64,000 nucleotides of DNA from Antedon mediterranea (taxonomy: Eukaryota; Animalia; Echinodermata), in the NCBI RefSeq assembly GCF_964355755.1, contig NC_092672.1, positions 34,044,437 through 34,108,436 of the forward strand, read 5' to 3'. Under the pieces are notes generated by a model, which saw only the letters and a program-made list of their open reading frames with translations, made no database searches and had not been told where the DNA came from. Positions 50,701 to 58,421 of the stretch are shown here, one piece after another (position 1 is the first letter of the stretch; each line of letters starts with the position of its first letter). A program made the position numbers and the translations under genes.

Positions 50701-53700
50701 TTTTATAATAGAAAGTTGATATTTCAACCCAAAAAAACCGTTTCAAAAGCCTTTAGGAAATAAAGTTTCTGCGAACAGAATATTATAGTATGATTCAATA
50801 TTCAAAATTACATAAAAGGATTTAGAAATATGTTTCTATTAGAGAACTTACCGATCCTGCTCTGCCATCTTGCGTAACTTTGGAAGAATATCAATCATTT
50901 CTATATCAGAAGCATCATGATATTCTTGAAGAGGAACCTGAAAAAAATAATCTTAATTAATATTCCAAAGATTTAGAGAAAAAATTGTTTTGCAATAAAT
51001 TATGAATGAAATAAAAATAATCTTTTCTAAAATTCTGGATCACGTACCTTCTGATTAATTTGAATAAACTCCACATACGTGTCTTCTGTTGGTAATAGAA
51101 AGAGCAACGCATTACCTGTGTTTCCTATCCTAGCTGTCCTTCCACAACGATGAACAAAAGCACTTAAAAATCAAAGAAAAATATTTAAAATTAACTAAAA
51201 AAGCCAATCTATTTACCAATCGTAAGTATGAATTTTCGGGAAAAAATTTGGGATGGGATTATACTTAAGTGTTCCAAAATTTTTATAAATTAAAGAGTGG
51301 GATTATACCCGAGCATGGGATTATATTCAGATTGCAACATTTGTGTCCAAATTTAGCTTAAATTATGATGTGGGCTTATTCCTGAGCATGGGATTATACT
51401 TTGTCATATACAGTATACATTTTCTAACTTTTGAATTTTATGTGACAAAAAAATGCGATGTGTCCAAATATGGACATGATGATGTCATATCACTACCATA
51501 TTTGGGTACATAATAATATTATACGAATTTGTAAAGCGCCAATTCCAGCAACAATTAGTGATCAAAGGCGCTGTGGACTTAGATGTTTCATCTTGTCAAC
51601 AACATTCTTCTCCCCTAAGGGTCACATCGTGTCATCGGCAGCCAACTACGGCACCATTAAGTCTGTCCACGACAGTGTGTATGTATGAACTAGTACACCG
51701 GGGTAACCCCCTACTCGTCTCGAAAGATGTATTTTAAAGTGCACATGAGCCAGATGTACACTGGACCTACGGTTTATAGTCCTTATCCGAAAAGACTTGT
51801 TCTACCACCAGAACCATGGAGCGAGTGAGCCTCGAACCCTTGCCGATGTTTTGGCTATGGATTACGGTTCCACTGTCTTAACCGCTCGGCCACACTCACA
51901 TCACAATTTTGTTGTCAAACTAGTTTAATAGTGTAGGACTGACCTACCAACAGATTGCATACATTGTTTGACAACAGCAAAATAGAAGATAATCACAATG
52001 AATCATTCAGTCTTTACCTGGCATTGTTAGGTGGATCAAACTGTAAAACCCAATTGACTTCTGGGATATCAACACCACGGGCCATCACATCTGTGCATAC
52101 CAAAATACCACTGAAATTAAACCAATTAATTCATTACATAATATGGTGTCAGAATCCTCATGATATAATTTATATCATATAGTGTGTATATTATAATTAA
52201 AATCTGTTTGAAGGTACTGACTAAACTTGCTCGGTAGCTCTTTTTTTAGAGAAGATCAACAAATAACTATAAAATAATGTGTTTTTGTAAAATAGGCTTG
52301 TTTAAGGACATGTGAAACGTATGAGAACAGACAGTGTGTGAACAGATTCAAGATGACCATAGAGTTTGTTCAAAGGTCTGTCTACACGATCAAACTAGTT
52401 TGGCAAAGAAAGTGTGATGTGCCCAAATATGGTAGTGATATCATGACATCATGTCCATATATGGGCACATCACCTTTTTTGTTACATAAATTTGATAGTG
52501 TAGAGAAAGCATAAGAATATGTGTTTAATTAACAAACCGTAGCATGTGTATAGCTCTTACAGTACTTGGAATAGTAATGGATTATTGAAGATGAAGAAAT
52601 AAAAAGAAACCTGTGGTATATACCTTTCCAGCTTTCTAAACTCTGAAAATACTGTAGCTCTTTTTCCTTTCATCTTACCGTGTAAAGATAATACGCTTGT
52701 GTTTTTGACTAAAACACCTAAAGCTCGTCCAAAATACTCCACCTCTGCACATGTACTAAAGAATACCATGTGTTTTAAATGCTGAAAATCAAATACATAT
52801 TTCTTTAATAATCTCGGTTGGGATGACTTTTTCTCTATTTCAAATTTCTTCAATATATTGATATTTACTTAATAATTAATTTAAATGTGATTTGTCTAGT
52901 AAGACTTTTGTAATCTAGGCCTAGTCCCTTTTTCCCATTCTATACTTTTGTTGCACATTTTATAAGAGGGTCCCTGACTATTAGCTGCCATTGTTTTGTT
53001 CATCTGGACGGTTATTCTCTATTATAAGAAAGGTAAAATAAAAAATAAATATTATGTTATCTAAAATGCATATAGTAAGAACAGACATTTCAGCCAATGT
53101 TACCTTAAATTTTCTTAGAAAACCAACAAGAAAGTTGACTTTCTGATCACATTCACAAATCTAAAAAGTAAAGTTGGTTTTTTTTTAAAGGGTACATTAG
53201 TTTCTATACACAAGAAAAAAGTTGACAAGATTATTAATATAATGCCAACTTTGATATTAAAGCATAATAATTAATATCCTTTTTAATGAAATTAAATTTC
53301 AAATACTACCATTTGAAATGGTAAAGATTATAAACACTTACGGTATAATAATTTGTTAAGGTTGACGGAGTTCTTTGCTCCTTCTAAAATAAAAACAAAT
53401 AAATTCATTTTTTAACAAGTACAGACATCGCATAAAGTAAGTGCTAAATAATACAGTAAAAGTGGGATGCCTCAGGACATTGCCCCTTAATAGGGGTGTT
53501 ACAAAGGAGGTGTTCTACTTTTGACCTACACTTAATGTTTGATGGAATTAGTTCAGGCTAGTGCCTATTTGCTTTCATATCTAGTCTTAAAAATTTGTCA
53601 AGTCTCGACTTAAATGTGTTGACTGAGGGGAATTGAAATGCTTAATTATTCTGATTGAAAAAAAAAGTTATTTCTGCTCAAGGAAGGGATTTGCTTTAAG

Positions 53701-56700
53701 TTTAGGACGATAGAACTTCAGACTGTGACCACGAGTTCTGTTGTTATGAGAGATGGTGAAGAAGACGTCTGTGTTTATATGCAGCTGTACATACATACTG
53801 TACATACATATATAGTTGTTTCATTGTGTTTGTATACAAACTCAAGATGGTTATTACTTATTATAGGCTATTAACTTGGCAGATAACTAAAATAACAATC
53901 AATATAATAAGATGGTTTTTTTTTTTTTTTTAAAGTCTCGAAAAATAATTACTTACAGCTAATGAATTTGCTTTCTGTTTAACAGTAATACGGACTGGAT
54001 TCCGTAAACCTGCCCTGATCAGAGACTCAACCTGATCAGTTTGTGTCGCAGAAAACAAACCAGTTCGTCTCTGCTTTGGAAGGTGACTTAAGATTGTGTT
54101 TATACTTAAATGAAAAATACAACAAACCATTTTATATAGCAAAAAAAGTTAGTTATAAAAGTTTCATTGTACTATACTATATTTTTAATGTTTTTATTAT
54201 TATTATTTATTCAGGCAAAAGATACATTTTACAAAATATAATACAAATCAACAAATACAATGCAAGAAGAAAAGATAAAATCACAGTGACTAGCTGATAC
54301 CAGGAAAGCACAAAAGCAGCATAAGCCACTGTCACCAATTAGGTGTGTACCTGCAACTAATAATAATAGTTCATTCTTATATAGCACATATAAGCAAGCT
54401 CTCAATGCACTGAACATTATTACCCCAGTCATTTTTTTTTTTTTTGGATCAAACACGTATGGAAACATGCTTCCATAATGCAGCTAGTAATCAGCGCAAA
54501 GTTGTGTTTTGATCTAACCGGGTACCCATTTATACACCTGGGTGGATGTATGTTATTTATTTCCATTTAATTTCATTCAGGCAATAGAAATAATTTGGAA
54601 GATGGAAAAAAAGGTGGGGGAAGGTGAAGAGCCTCTATGAAACCTCATACCCCTCGGATCTGCTCTTGAATTTTGTGGTCATTATCTCTCTTACCTTCCT
54701 GCAAATCCCATATCAAGCAACCTATCAGCCTCATCTAAAATCAACACCTCAAGTGACCTCAGCATGACGGTCAGGTTACATGATGACTTGCGTCTTTCTA
54801 ACAAGTCCTCGAATCTACCAGGTGTTGCAATTATGATGTTTGCTCTACCGAGTAAAAAAAAAGTAAACAAATGCTTCATCTGGAACATATGATAGTACAT
54901 TCATTTTATTGTTTGTAAAGCTGATTTTCCACTAGGCGAATTTGTTCGCGCGAATCGAAAGCGTCATGCTCTGCGCATGCGTATTCGAGTTTCTGTCTGT
55001 CATACTCCCTTCTGCGACAAATTCTAGTTTCTTGATTTTTCGCTGCAGCGAAATTTACTAGTTCGAATTGTTTCTACTTTTTGCGAAGTGAAATATTGCG
55101 CAACCAATCAGAGCTCAGGAAATGAGCTATGACGCTTTCATGAGCAGTCATGCGAATCGAAATGCTCAGCAACCACGCGAGGAACATGAACGTCGCAGCT
55201 ATTCGCTCACATGTAGTGGAAAGAGAGTAGGCGATTTTTTTCTCTTCGAAACGTTTGATTCGCGCGAACAAATTCGCCTAGTGGAAAATCAGCTTTAGGC
55301 AGGATAGTCAGATGCTCAAATCATTATGAATAAATACCTAGCTTATCTTGACAAGTTAGTGAAACAGTGTGGTCATGTGAGACTCCGTTTACGGACTTTT
55401 TTCTGTTGTCTTGGTTAATTTGTTTGGTTTATTAGGCTTTTTCCTTGTTTAACAAAAACAATAACTTTCTTTTTACACTTACACTCACACATATATCCAA
55501 CACTAGCTTACCCATTTGACTGTAAATGACTAATATCATCCGATGGCTTATTACCACCAATGATCAACATCTGAGAAAATTGAGGTAGGTTGGCCAGAAA
55601 GTTTGCTAACACTTCGTTGATCTGGATAGCGAGTTCGCGTGTTGGTGTTAAGATCACACATCCAACCTGGAAAAAATTTACCATATTTATTTCTGCCACA
55701 GTTTTAAATTTCTAAAACAATATAAATACAAGAAAAGTTTATGAAAATAAAAAACAATATTACAATATTATTTCTGCCATAGTTTTAAACTTCCAAAACA
55801 ATAAAATACAAAAAACATTATGAAAGTGTTACCTCCATCTTCTTGATTGGTTCTTCTTTTCTGAGTAATATTTCTAACACTGGTATTAAAAAAGCCAGTG
55901 TCTTTCCACTTCCTGTGACCTAGTTTGAAAAATGAAGTAATTTGTTTGAATGTTTAATTCATAGTATGCTGCCGCTGGTAAAAGTGAGTCTGTATTCATT
56001 CTGATCTTTAGCTTTTAAGCCCAAGTATTGTGTGGTAGGGTGAGCAGTTACAAAACATGTCACCTTATCCTCAGTAGTAATTAGTATGTTTCAACCAGGT
56101 ACAGCTAAGTATATTATAATAACAATATTATAATAAAATAATGCCTATTGTACTTACTGCTTCAGCTGCCACATCCTTATGGCTAATAAGAAGTGGAATT
56201 GATGCCGCCTATAAAATTAACATTATTCATTTATACAGTGTATGAAAAAATGTAATTACTGTATAACATAAACTACTACTCACTGTAGTCCTTACACTAC
56301 ATCTGGATGCACTTTAGACTTTTGAGTCTATTTTGTGTAGTAGGTCTTAGTGGGTTTTGTATTTTAAATATTTTACTTTGATAACAATTATTTTATTTCA
56401 ATACTATAGACATAATATAATTAAGTTATTAGAACAATAATAAATATAGTAATATAGGCCTAGGCCTATGTTAGGGACTGGCATATATTTTTCAATTTAT
56501 CTTTCTGCATTTGAATAGTGTTCAGTTTGAAAGAGTATGTAATCGTAAGCATTTTAAACTTTAAATCAACAAAATTGATTGAGTATTTCGAAAGTTATGA
56601 ATAAAATAAGGTGTAAAAATTTGGCACCATCACTATCCTTTGTTTACATAGGAATCCCCACCCCGCGTTTGTGACCTTGTACACAAATAGTCACTGGGTG

Positions 56701-57786
56701 AAAATACTACTAAAACACATATAAATACATTTTATGAACATATTTTTAATTAGAAAGTTGATGGTGACAAATATATATTTGCATAATACCACATTTTGTT
56801 TGGAAATTGTGTCAAAATCACAAAAATAAGATAGAAAGTACTTATTTTATGTTTACCCTCTCCCCGGACTGCGCGAATGTCCCGGAGGAATACCCCCACC
56901 TCAGCCAGGCTGTGTGATGACGTCATCAGGCACTTCGCGGCCTAGAATTGCTTACTCACCTAGCATCAGGTGATTAAAAACCTTTTGTGATCCAATATAG
57001 GTGATATTTATGTAAAACCAAAGGCGTACACTGTTAAAATATAAATATATCTAAAATATATAAGCAAAATCCCAAAATATTAGGCATGTTTTCGATTTTT
57101 TCTGATTTTACTAACATTTCGAGCCCAAAATAAAATGTCATCGCGAAGACATGTGGGCAAAGAAATTTCAAATTTTTCATCGGAATTTTCCGGAAAAGAT
57201 CGTTCAGTCATTCGTTTTTTCTGAATAGCCAATCAGAGTTCGTAAATTCATGCGCAAGTTGACCCCTTTTTAACAGGTTAAGGGTCACACTTGTCTATTC
57301 CCTAAAGATGTCTGCTGCCCTCTAGCGGTTTTGCTAGTAGCTACCTATGTATTAATTTTTAATAATTTTATAAATAAAACTCCAAAACTAAAAATTAAAT
57401 ATAAATTATAATATAAATAAAGACACTAAATACATATTAGGTAAGTTGGTTTATAAGTTTATATTGGTCTAATCACCGTATGATCATCTCCTTCAATGTC
57501 TAGGCCTAGCCTGTGTCATTTTGAGCAATGCTGTTGTCATCCCCAGCACGGGAATCTAACAGCTGCGGTAACCCCCACGACATGATGGTACTTGCCTAAC
57601 GTGACTAGTCTTAGCCTAGCTTCTAATCGATATTTTTTACTGTTAAATTATCTGTACATAATGATAAATGGTATAACATATTACCTGGACTGGTGTCATT
57701 TTCTTGAAGCCTAGTTGTTTTATTGTTTTCAATACGTCAACACTTATTGATGGTTTCAAAGATTTCCATTTTTCTTTGCCCTCCAT
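26748..57786 (-). CDS. DDX55: ATP-dependent DEAD-box RNA helicase DDX55 (Spb4 orthologue), 587 aa
   Basis: Eighteen exons, all GT-AG and in phase: 57786-57685, 56208-56158, 55919-55833, 55666-55512, 54844-54695, 54104-53957, 53383-53342, 53160-53104, 52781-52624, 52110-52018, 51162-51048, 50937-50852, 28028-27940, 27810-27684, 27434-27350, 27209-27111, 26953-26885, 26798-26748. Motifs MTPVQ, AVTGSGKT, PTRELA, TPGR, DEAD, SAT, ARGVD and HRCGRTAR, plus the DDX55-type [16 protein letters not shown] and PKMPE. Confidence 0.96.
28430..28960. repeat. Nested tandem repeat: 16-17-bp ctccaaatatagaaaat units inside a triplicated ~180-bp block
   Basis: Three blocks, each ending ...ttcatcagaaac...acaaagtg(c/t)attt...ttttaagct. 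Confidence 0.85.
29346..30275 (-). CDS. Rhodopsin-class 7TM GPCR 1 (nested in DDX55 intron 12)
   Basis: Uninterrupted ORF with seven hydrophobic segments, [16 protein letters not shown] and FPILYW. The start may be the ATG at 30215 (MDYFN). Confidence 0.88.
   Translation of the reverse strand: MSSTVVLTEKLYNTFLDHFIMDYFNGNIMRWTNYEIDLSFSLISFTLNFIFFLSIFRYPQIMTKAMFIIGSTALSFCILSVSWVVAVLNISIKLTFLSLSLVIIEFCFGIVHFAILSIDRYFAVARPVWYKCIKLKWYKIFLCILWSFSILFFLSLSTLLYIDLYFLYLNIMLYIMVISNFCSLIILGFVTILNILLYKMVKSSEKLTTQQRSKKTEWIKSKQLAVTLLIMTTVHFVFQLPYSMVNVYAFFCLDCPNLMTITSYSRTFGILLTWCFPILYWIRVPTYRKRLKSLVFCKSLNQVENTNTG
31201..32097 (-). CDS. Rhodopsin-class 7TM GPCR 2
   Basis: 298 aa, N-terminal NVT sequon, [21 protein letters not shown]. 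Confidence 0.9.
   Translation of the reverse strand: MDYTTQNNVTDFSEQESIIYIFFYVLYITFCVIGFLFNFILFLSIIRYRKKSLPKTDVLIASTSLSNSVTAFCMFIIVIPSYESLLYFLYTLIYVKILFYFVNIGLITIDRYLAVSKPIYYRSLTVKRYTTVCIILWIFSIVFSVCIYLLISISFYWLLNAWDMLILVSSCISVVIIKITSLLNILLYRKVLNQTKQLLTSQETRKRRMKKTRHLAVTLMMLSFGNLIFSLPYALVNLYFYFCLYCPLNFLITIFNASIHLTISYFPVVYLLRSATHRKHVKAVVSCKTPNQVGNSIT
32808..32996. mobile_element. MITE family A (one and a half copies)
   Basis: aagctctgtttacattatcaaac...agtttgacagtgtagtcagagctt preceded by a partial right arm. Confidence 0.65.
33227..34127 (-). pseudogene. GPCR 3, close paralogue of GPCR 2, with a single +1 frameshift
   Basis: ORFs 33456-34127 and 33227-33520 join into a full 7TM protein if one T of the run at 33527-33529 is removed (CAA-A-GAA-ACT versus CAA-GAA-ACT in GPCR 2). 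No other lesion was seen. Confidence 0.8.
34911..35150 (+). mobile_element. tRNA-derived SINE with a CORE-like segment
   Basis: A box tagccgagtgg, B box ggttcaatgcc, then cactcagctgtaaaatgagtacctg. Confidence 0.65.
35187..36125 (-). CDS. Rhodopsin-class 7TM GPCR 4
   Basis: [22 protein letters not shown]. The likely start is the ATG at 36125 (MEECEF...NLS); the longer ORF to 36281 runs through a MITE. Confidence 0.87.
   Translation of the reverse strand: MEECEFFMYINLSYQKFDEPRAIGRIVFLETLYSCGLLLNILFILSIVRFYKNKIKTSIFFMSACFTNIVLSIVGVIFYSLAVTVGIPIALWYFIATFHSVQTLMTIVDILLISLDRYIAILIPVAYQNMKANVYKVICGVMWVFGILFPVIVHLKFSRMDDMLVNPLPVIPAFIVSSLGFFLIVCSIILSALLYRLIRKKKIQNHIQSKRNSLRKSRQVARTLIFWSMLFVIFMIPYLIFLQTYVFCHLFCISCFYYKKHETTFFAVVEICLCFYIILFPVLHWVRLPNYRRSLITMFCSQRPNAVATTTL
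36171..36350. mobile_element. Tc1/pogo(Tigger)-like MITE
   Basis: Left end tacagtcaactctccaaataccaga matches the better preserved copy at 62145-62287. Confidence 0.55.
36820..37357. mobile_element. hAT-like MITE with subterminal repeats
   Basis: TIR aggggtcgtcaaacacacgg / ccgtgtgtttgacgacccct and several ctagcgccctcggaccacaggctggcca subterminal repeats; no clear 8-bp TSD. Confidence 0.7.
38066..38397. mobile_element. Foldback MITE with ~65-bp TIRs
   Basis: tatagagttctgcggtgtgacgtcac...ctagccaaccaaaaaatgc is mirrored by gcattttttggttggctag...gtgacgtcagcaccgcagaactctata. Confidence 0.8.
38401..39315 (-). CDS. Rhodopsin-class 7TM GPCR 5
   Basis: 304 aa, NDS/NAS sequons, [25 protein letters not shown]. 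Confidence 0.88.
   Translation of the reverse strand: MSINDSYTNASRYLDATEEFCHGFPHSIAIIILMIYVIGLFINLFFFITIVVPRQTRTKTATLISGLAILYTFIDILNVCYQINCYFTRTGIDETVVSSLYYFSLSFSMLIMLLLAVDRLFAVSHPHLYKKIQSRHYIAICLGFSTLGVCTILILVKVSFSMLVLLLMFSTSVLGVMMVLITTSLYAFIMRKVSKQEKQVTDQNTKTNLRKSHRLAVTLFLTVLMNFLLFLPIMILEIITFVVFVSIVHESIGPEDYPNFVIMALLSNGLYYIFFPILYWVRIPSYRNNVLLVLSKANNAVSAL
39805..40200. repeat. ~42-bp minisatellite interrupted by a unique insert
   Basis: Unit approximately aagttcttccaaaaatctctctttgaatacagaatgtctcaaaacaactttg, several degenerate copies. Confidence 0.85.
41814..42734 (-). CDS. Rhodopsin-class 7TM GPCR 6
   Basis: [20 protein letters not shown]. The likely start is 42734 ([11 protein letters not shown], with glycosylation sequons); the ORF extends to 42794. 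Confidence 0.88.
   Translation of the reverse strand: MVANNSSENGTSDLHAIHIYGMFVSFFLTISAIVLNSVILYGIFVAKKKKTKTDILVINVLGVELLTGVLILVICTLIHLYGREFCFLYSIPIIFSSAQFLSLMSLLYMTIDRYVAVICPMTYATLTCRIYGRVCLATLAISVTFVVTIVTLERMNVFVDINANNLFVDIFTFVATILLIIVTVMYVRIFKRVRLQEKRFSEHCNRMRILLSKKLAKTFVFSLTIYYICFFPYFIFTLLTGPASVGKSYITHIEFAIMHLCLLRAVTNPIYMWRNLPVYKKTMSDAFYCKSCFHMRIKPTSFTVST
43715..44152. repeat. 17-bp minisatellite (gttgaataagttctgca)
   Basis: Degenerate tandem array directly visible. Confidence 0.9.
44256..45188 (-). CDS. Rhodopsin-class 7TM GPCR 7
   Basis: 310 aa; TM1 GN, TM2 [23 protein letters not shown]. Confidence 0.92.
   Translation of the reverse strand: MDVNTTDPSDLGTTVYYCASVMTAMVTFIGNSIFLAALLKTKSLQVKTNILVGNLAVVDIVTSFLVILSSILYYYQPFIVSTQVSMIWLCILNLSPFTILVIAVDRFLAVVHSPLTYKQYPRPWKYVLVVTAMWTFTLILVCGSIVAGQLGNGAVYKAIFIIMAIFVAVGAISLFAVAVLYSRIFKTLIRHKSQITKNKSGESGRWSKKRNFKLVVSFTIRLVITYLLWLPFLIGKSIKLFRNKDLFNSDVSEDIICDIIPCEVSLTAIWLIVDGTINPWIYWTRHIKYRVAMKSVLYLKSSRVGHDTVT
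45759..45921. mobile_element. PIF/Harbinger-like MITE
   Basis: ggccaatttacacagacgagcagtaa ... ttaccgctcgtctgtgtaactt. Confidence 0.5.
46566..47543 (-). CDS. Rhodopsin-class 7TM GPCR 8, close paralogue of GPCR 7
   Basis: Same motifs as GPCR 7. The first ATG is at 47543 ([11 protein letters not shown]); the ORF-track start at 47564 is TTG. Confidence 0.92.
   Translation of the reverse strand: MDENGTELNDTIPDSNKFGTHAYYFFSGTIGTVTFIGNSIFLAALLKTKSLQVKTNILVGNLAVVDIVTSFLVILSSILYYYQSFIVSIQVSMIWLCILNLSPFTILVIAVDRFLAVVHSPLTYKQYPRPWKYVLVVTAMWTFTLILVCGSIVAGQLGNGAVYKGIFIIMTIFVVIGAISLSTVAYLYRKIFKALIRNKTQTTTSQVSEGGRCSEKRKLKLVVSFTIRLVITYLLWLPFLIGKSVKLFLKKDLFFNDSDISEDIICDIIPCGISLTAIWLIVDGTINPWIYWTRHVKYRVAMKSVLLFRKKPSTINDVSSSTEKR
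50505..50690 (+). mobile_element. 3' half of a Deu/Nin-like SINE (tail type 2)
   Basis: Matches the reverse complement of 51580-51725 and ends gcgctatataaatg. Confidence 0.7.
51515..51897 (-). mobile_element. Near full-length Deu/Nin-like tRNA SINE (tail type 2) inserted into a family A MITE
   Basis: On the minus strand: A box tggccgagcgg, B box ggttcgaggc, core ggataaggactataaaccgtaggtcc, tail gcgctttacaaat. MITE A halves lie at about 51430-51510 and 51898-51935. Confidence 0.75.
52374..52512. mobile_element. MITE family A
   Basis: aaggtctgtctacacgatcaaactagttt...tttgatagtgtagagaaagc. Confidence 0.7.
54916..55297. mobile_element. Young PIF/Harbinger-like MITE with perfect ~40-bp TIRs
   Basis: taaagctgattttccactaggcgaatttgttcgcgcgaatc / gattcgcgcgaacaaattcgcctagtggaaaatcagcttta. 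Confidence 0.85.
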
Positions 57787-58421
57787 GTTTCGATCGCGAA
57801 GTATGTTTTGAACAACTCCACGTGTTTGGTTGTTAGTGTTAGATGTTAGATACTGAAATGGACTTAATTGATTGGTTGATCTTTAACGAGATTCACACCC
57901 CTCTATAGTTTTTTAATAACAAGAATGATCCGATCCGATGGGTGAAATTTGTAATTTGTAATACAATAGTCAATACATACCACCCCACAAGGACAAAACG
58001 AAGCTGAACCTGATCCATTATGTAAGTAGTATAGCTTAGGCAAAATTATAAGATACATTACAGATAATATAAATCTGTGAATCCTACAGTATGAGCGTTG
58101 GATCTCCTGAGCGTTTTTTAGGCCCATGCACTCTGCTGGTCAGGCAGGAGGCTCTGGTTGGTAGGCCTACTGCTGGAGTGTGACACAGACTGAGACAGTA
58201 GGCTTGAATCAGTAGGGTCCTTGTTGGAGTTAGGTAACTAGTAGTAGAGGTAGTGGGGCTGGGTCACAACCTGTTGTATCCACTGAGAACTTACTGAGTA
58301 GATATCACTTGTTTTTCTTGAATTTACTCTTTTGACCAGACAAAAGTATATGTATCAAGCATTTACTTATTTATTAAAGATTAAAATTCATTTTGTAGAA
58401 TTTCTTATTTAATTACCAATA
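57787..58421. promoter_or_regulatory. Divergent promoter region between DDX55 and the TIR-HEAT gene
   Basis: The ATGs are separated by 635 bp. CACGTG at 57819-57824, tcgcga at 57794, attggtt (CCAAT) at about 57871. An acceptor-like ttttgtag at about 58398 suggests a non-coding first exon for the TIR gene. Confidence 0.6.

Noticed and set aside
39315-50852. Systematic DDX55-GPCR fusion proteins formed by splicing exon 12 onto receptor exons
   Set aside because: A candidate acceptor before GPCR 5 (exon start 39322) would be in frame, but those tested for GPCR 1 and GPCR 6 are out of frame. One in three is the chance expectation, and a cytosolic helicase on an extracellular N-terminus is implausible.
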